DNA of 34,452 nucleotides from Chrysochromulina tobinii (Eukaryota), in NCBI GenBank assembly GCA_001275005.1, contig JWZX01001759.1, positions 1 through 34,452 on the forward strand, given 5' to 3'. Below, in pieces: positions 30,949 through 34,452 of the stretch (the first letter of the stretch is position 1; each line of letters opens with the position of its first letter). The notes under the pieces were generated by a model. That model saw only the letters and a program-made list of their open reading frames with translations. It was not told the origin of the DNA and did not search any database. The position numbers and the translations under genes are program-made.

Positions 30949-33900
30949 CTAATCGCGCAACGTCCACACCCGAATCGTCTCGTCGAGCGAGCCTGAACAC
31001 GGGCGCCCCTCGTGCACGACGAGGCTGTACAGACCCCCTCGATGGCCCGCGAGCACGCGCAGTCGCTCGTACGTGCCCAGATGCCACACGATGCAGGTCT
31101 TGTCCGAGGAGGCGGAGAAGAGCCGTTGCCGGTGCGCGTCGGCTGCGAGCGCGCACACGAAGCTGCGGTGGCCGGCCAGTGTGGCTTGTTGCTCGAGGGA
31201 TGCGAAGTCCCAGACGCGAATGAGCCGATCGCCGCCGCCGGAGAGCAAGCGCAAGCCGGCGGCCGAGCCGGCGGGCGATGGCGGCGACGGCGGCGACGGC
31301 ACGAGCAACAGAGCGTAGACAGCGCCGTCGTGGGCGATCGGTTCGAGGCGGCCCCGTGCACGGAGTGTGTACAGAGGCGCAAGGGTGCGAGCGTCCCACA
31401 CACGAATGGTCGCATCGGCGGAGGCCGAGACGAAGCGCTCAGTCGCGTAGATGACGATCGCATGGATCTCGGCCTCGTGAGCCTCCTTGGCGAGGTGTGT
31501 CAGGGTGATGCTCGGGCGGACCATCGCCGAAGCACCTAGCCCGAGCCCACCTGCCCTGCCTGCCCTGCCTGCCGGGTGGACCGCCGCCGAAGCGTCCTGC
31601 AACGTCGCGGGCGATGGATCGGGCGCGGGATAGGGCGCCACGCTGGGCGGTGCATGCGGAGATTGGATCTCGAGCCGCGGAGATTGGAGCTCGAGCCGGA
31701 GCTCGAGCCGGCTGATCCCGCAGTCTGCGGAGCCGCAATACACTGGGCCGTCGGGAGTGGCCGCGCTGGCGCACAGCACGCTAGCCGCGTGCACCGTGCA
31801 CCTCTGCATGCACTCCCAGCGCCCAGAGCCACCTTCAGGTGGGCGCCACAGCTGAACTGTCCCGTTGGCAAGCCCGGCCAGGAGCACGCCGCGCAGCGGT
31901 AAGAGGGCGAAGACTGTCGTGTCGTCAGCCGCATCCGCCTCGACGGATCGAGCAACAGCGGGCCGTGGCTCGAGTGCCAGGGCAGCCTGAGCAGCGCAGT
32001 CGAGCTCGACTACCAACCGCCATGCCGCACGCGCCCCAGCTGCCTCCGCCTTAGCACCCTGCGCTGCCGCCGGCGCGCTCCGCTCCGTCTCCGCCGACGC
32101 TCCCTCGGCGGACTCTCGATGCTCCTCCTGCCAGATGCTCACCTTGCCATCCGCGCCACCTGAGAGCAAAATGGGGTTGCTGCTGTCGGCGGGTGTCAAT
32201 GCCGGTCTACCCAGGGCCGCGTCGGCGGTGGCGAGGGACCAGACGCAGCCACGATGGGCAGAGAGAACCTCCGTCGTCGGCTCTTCTGCCAGGTCCTGAG
32301 CGCCTGGGCGAACCGGGACGCGGTGAAGCGCCAGCGCACCGTCCACGCTCCCGGAGAGTAGCTGCGTCGCTGCCCGGCCGGTGCGCCGGGTTGGATGATG
32401 AAGAGGAGCGGCTATGAGCGATAGGATGCCGGAGGAGTGAGCAGCACAGCGGACGACCGGTAGGCTCGGTAGGCTCGGTGGGAGGGAGGTGGCGGAGGCG
32501 GCGGAGCCGGCGGAAGCGGCGCATTGGACGGCCGCCGCCGCATCCCAACACAAGAGTTCGCCGCGTCCGCCCGCTCCATGCAACCACCCCTCCGCATCGG
32601 CCGCCAGTGCACAGACGGAGCCCTCGCCGCTAGTCAGCTGGCCGACTGCCCTTCGCCCCGGCACGTCCCAAAGCACAACGTGCCCCTGTGCATCGGCCGA
32701 GGCGAGCTGGAACGTGCCCGCGAGCGGCGTGCACCCAGTCCTCGCGGGGTCGCCTGCTGCGGCTGCGGCGCCATCGTCCAGCACGGGTGGTAAGAGCGCT
32801 GCCAGAGCAAAGACCGACGCACGATGCATGCTCGGGTCGAGCGTTGCCACCGCGCTCAGATCGGCGCGATTCCACAGACGCACGCGATGGTCCGCCCCGG
32901 CGGTGACGACGAGGGACGACGCGGCGAAGGCGAGAGCGTAGACACCACCGCCCTGCTCGGTCACGTGCACGCGCGCCGTTGGCAGCATCGAGCCGCCTGC
33001 GAGACCGAGCACCGGAAGCGGGCGGACGGACCATCGCAACAATTCGCCTTTCGCATCTGCAGAGAAGAGAACCGACGCGGCGGCATCGGCGGCAGCGGCG
33101 GCGGCACCAGCTTCTGCGTACGCTCCGCTGGCGCAGGCACAGCAGAGCACGCTCCCCGTGTGGCCCATGAGCGCCACGATGGCGCGGAACCGCATGAGGT
33201 CCCAAATGCGTATCGATCCATCGGCGGAGGCGGAGACTAGCTGGCCTGAGGGGGTGAGCGTCAGAGCGTGCACCTGCTCGAGGAGTGCCTTCCGATGAGG
33301 GCCGCAATCAGAGGCCATCACATGCAATCACATGCAATCAGAGGCCATCAGAGCGTGAGAGCGCGCACCGCATCCGTGTGGCCGCGAAGCGTCGCCACCT
33401 GCTCGGCCATCGCGGGCACTTGAGCGGGCGCGGCCGCCGCTGCTGTGCCATCTAAAACGGCTCCTGCGGCCACGTAACCACCATGGCCGGCCACGTAACC
33501 ACCGTCGCCGACCACGCGGCTGCCCACGCTGCCAGCTGCGCCACCGACCACACCGCCGACCGCGCCATCGCCTGCGCCGGCCAGGTCGGTGGCGAGTCGC
33601 GGTACGCATGCATCCGGAGTCCAACGGCAGAGGCGGATCTCGCCATTGCCGCCGCCGCATGCAAGCGTGTGGTCTGGCAGCATCAACATGGACCAGACGC
33701 ACGTGCCGTGCGGCTGGATCTGGCACGGCGCCGTGCCGAGCGCCACGTACCCAGGCGCCTGCGCGCCCGCCACGGCGCCCGTTGCGTTCGACTCTTCGCT
33801 GACGGCGCCTGCCACGGCGCCATCTCCCGCGATCTGGCCGCCGGAGGCCGCCGCACCAGTTGCGGATCCTCCCGAGATCGGAGCTCGGGTTTCGGCAGCC

Positions 33901-34247
33901 ACCTCCTCGTCCGCACGCAGCCGAAGCCACCAGCTCTTGATCTCGCCGTCCGAGCTCGCGCTCTGCAGCCTGGCCCCCTTCAAGAGGAAGCTGTGCTGCA
34001 GCTCCTCCGCTGCCCCCGCCGCCGCCTCGCCGCTCGATGCGAGAGCGCTACGGCGCACCGAGTCACCGCTCGCCAGCAACGCATAGATGCCCGCCGTGTG
34101 TGCCGTCCAAGCACGTAGGGCATGCCGCTTTTCGAGATCCCACAGCACCACGCATCCGTTGAGGTCTGCCGAGACGGCGCGATCACGTGCAAGCACGGCG
34201 AGGGCGGAGACGAAGGCGTCGTGCCCATGCTCCGCCGTGAGCACCGT

Positions 34248-34298
<51 letters not shown>

Positions 34299-34452
34299 TG
34301 GCGAGGGGCTGGGGCTGAGGCACGCCAGCGTTGGCACGAGGTACATGTGGACCTGCTGGTCGGTCCCTCCTGCGAGCAGGCGAGCTGGGCCGCCGCGCTC
34401 GCAAGCGGGCGCCGCCGCGAGACAGAAGAACGAGTAGCTCGCCTCCGAGGCT
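30949..34452 (-). CDS. Large WD40-repeat protein, 5'-truncated by the window end; exons >34452-33369, 33273-30949
   Basis: Many GH...WD-type repeats (GHRSFVCAL...SASSDKTCIVW, GHTGSVLCC); the frame stays open to the window edge. Confidence 0.88.
33274..33368 (-). other. Repeat-family intron #6
   Basis: GCG|GTGCGCGCTCTCACGCTC + 5 decamer units + CCTCATCGG...GAGCAG|GTGCACGCTCTGACGCTC. Confidence 0.85.
34248..34294. repeat. (GCC)n microsatellite encoding poly-Gly in the WD40 gene
   Basis: Trinucleotide run. Confidence 0.9.

Noticed and set aside
1..34452. Autonomous transposase/RT, tRNA or rRNA genes
   Set aside because: No such motifs recognised in any ORF or intergenic stretch.

Overview
GC-rich, gene-dense eukaryotic nuclear DNA with short spliceosomal introns. 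Composition, the GC-AG intron and the gene types suggest a haptophyte-like alga (Chrysochromulina-like); this is inference, not verified. About 15 protein-coding genes are supported: a small membrane protein, a TPR+EF-hand protein, BCD1/ZNHIT6, a sulfotransferase-like protein, farnesyltransferase beta, a CDK11/CDKG-like kinase, two head-to-head IQ-motif paralogs (one with PDZ), a hypothetical protein, a long S6K-like AGC kinase, a UIM-UBA-UFD1-UBX protein, a multi-EF-hand protein, a 4x cNMP-binding + PKA-C-like kinase, an FkbM+exostosin fusion, and a WD40 protein running off the window end. The most striking feature is a family of six introns in four unrelated genes that share one layout on the sense strand. 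Most begin with a copy of the start of the downstream exon, which supplies the 5' splice site. All then carry a variable tandem array of TGATGACCTC / TGATTGCMTC / TGATGGCCTC-type units with a near-invariant CTRAT branch-point-like core, and a CCTCATCAG-type 3' end. Two also carry an internal copy of the intron-less exon-exon junction. This looks like an ongoing, repeat-templated intron-generating (or intron-remodelling) system. All gene models and family calls are by eye, without database searches.
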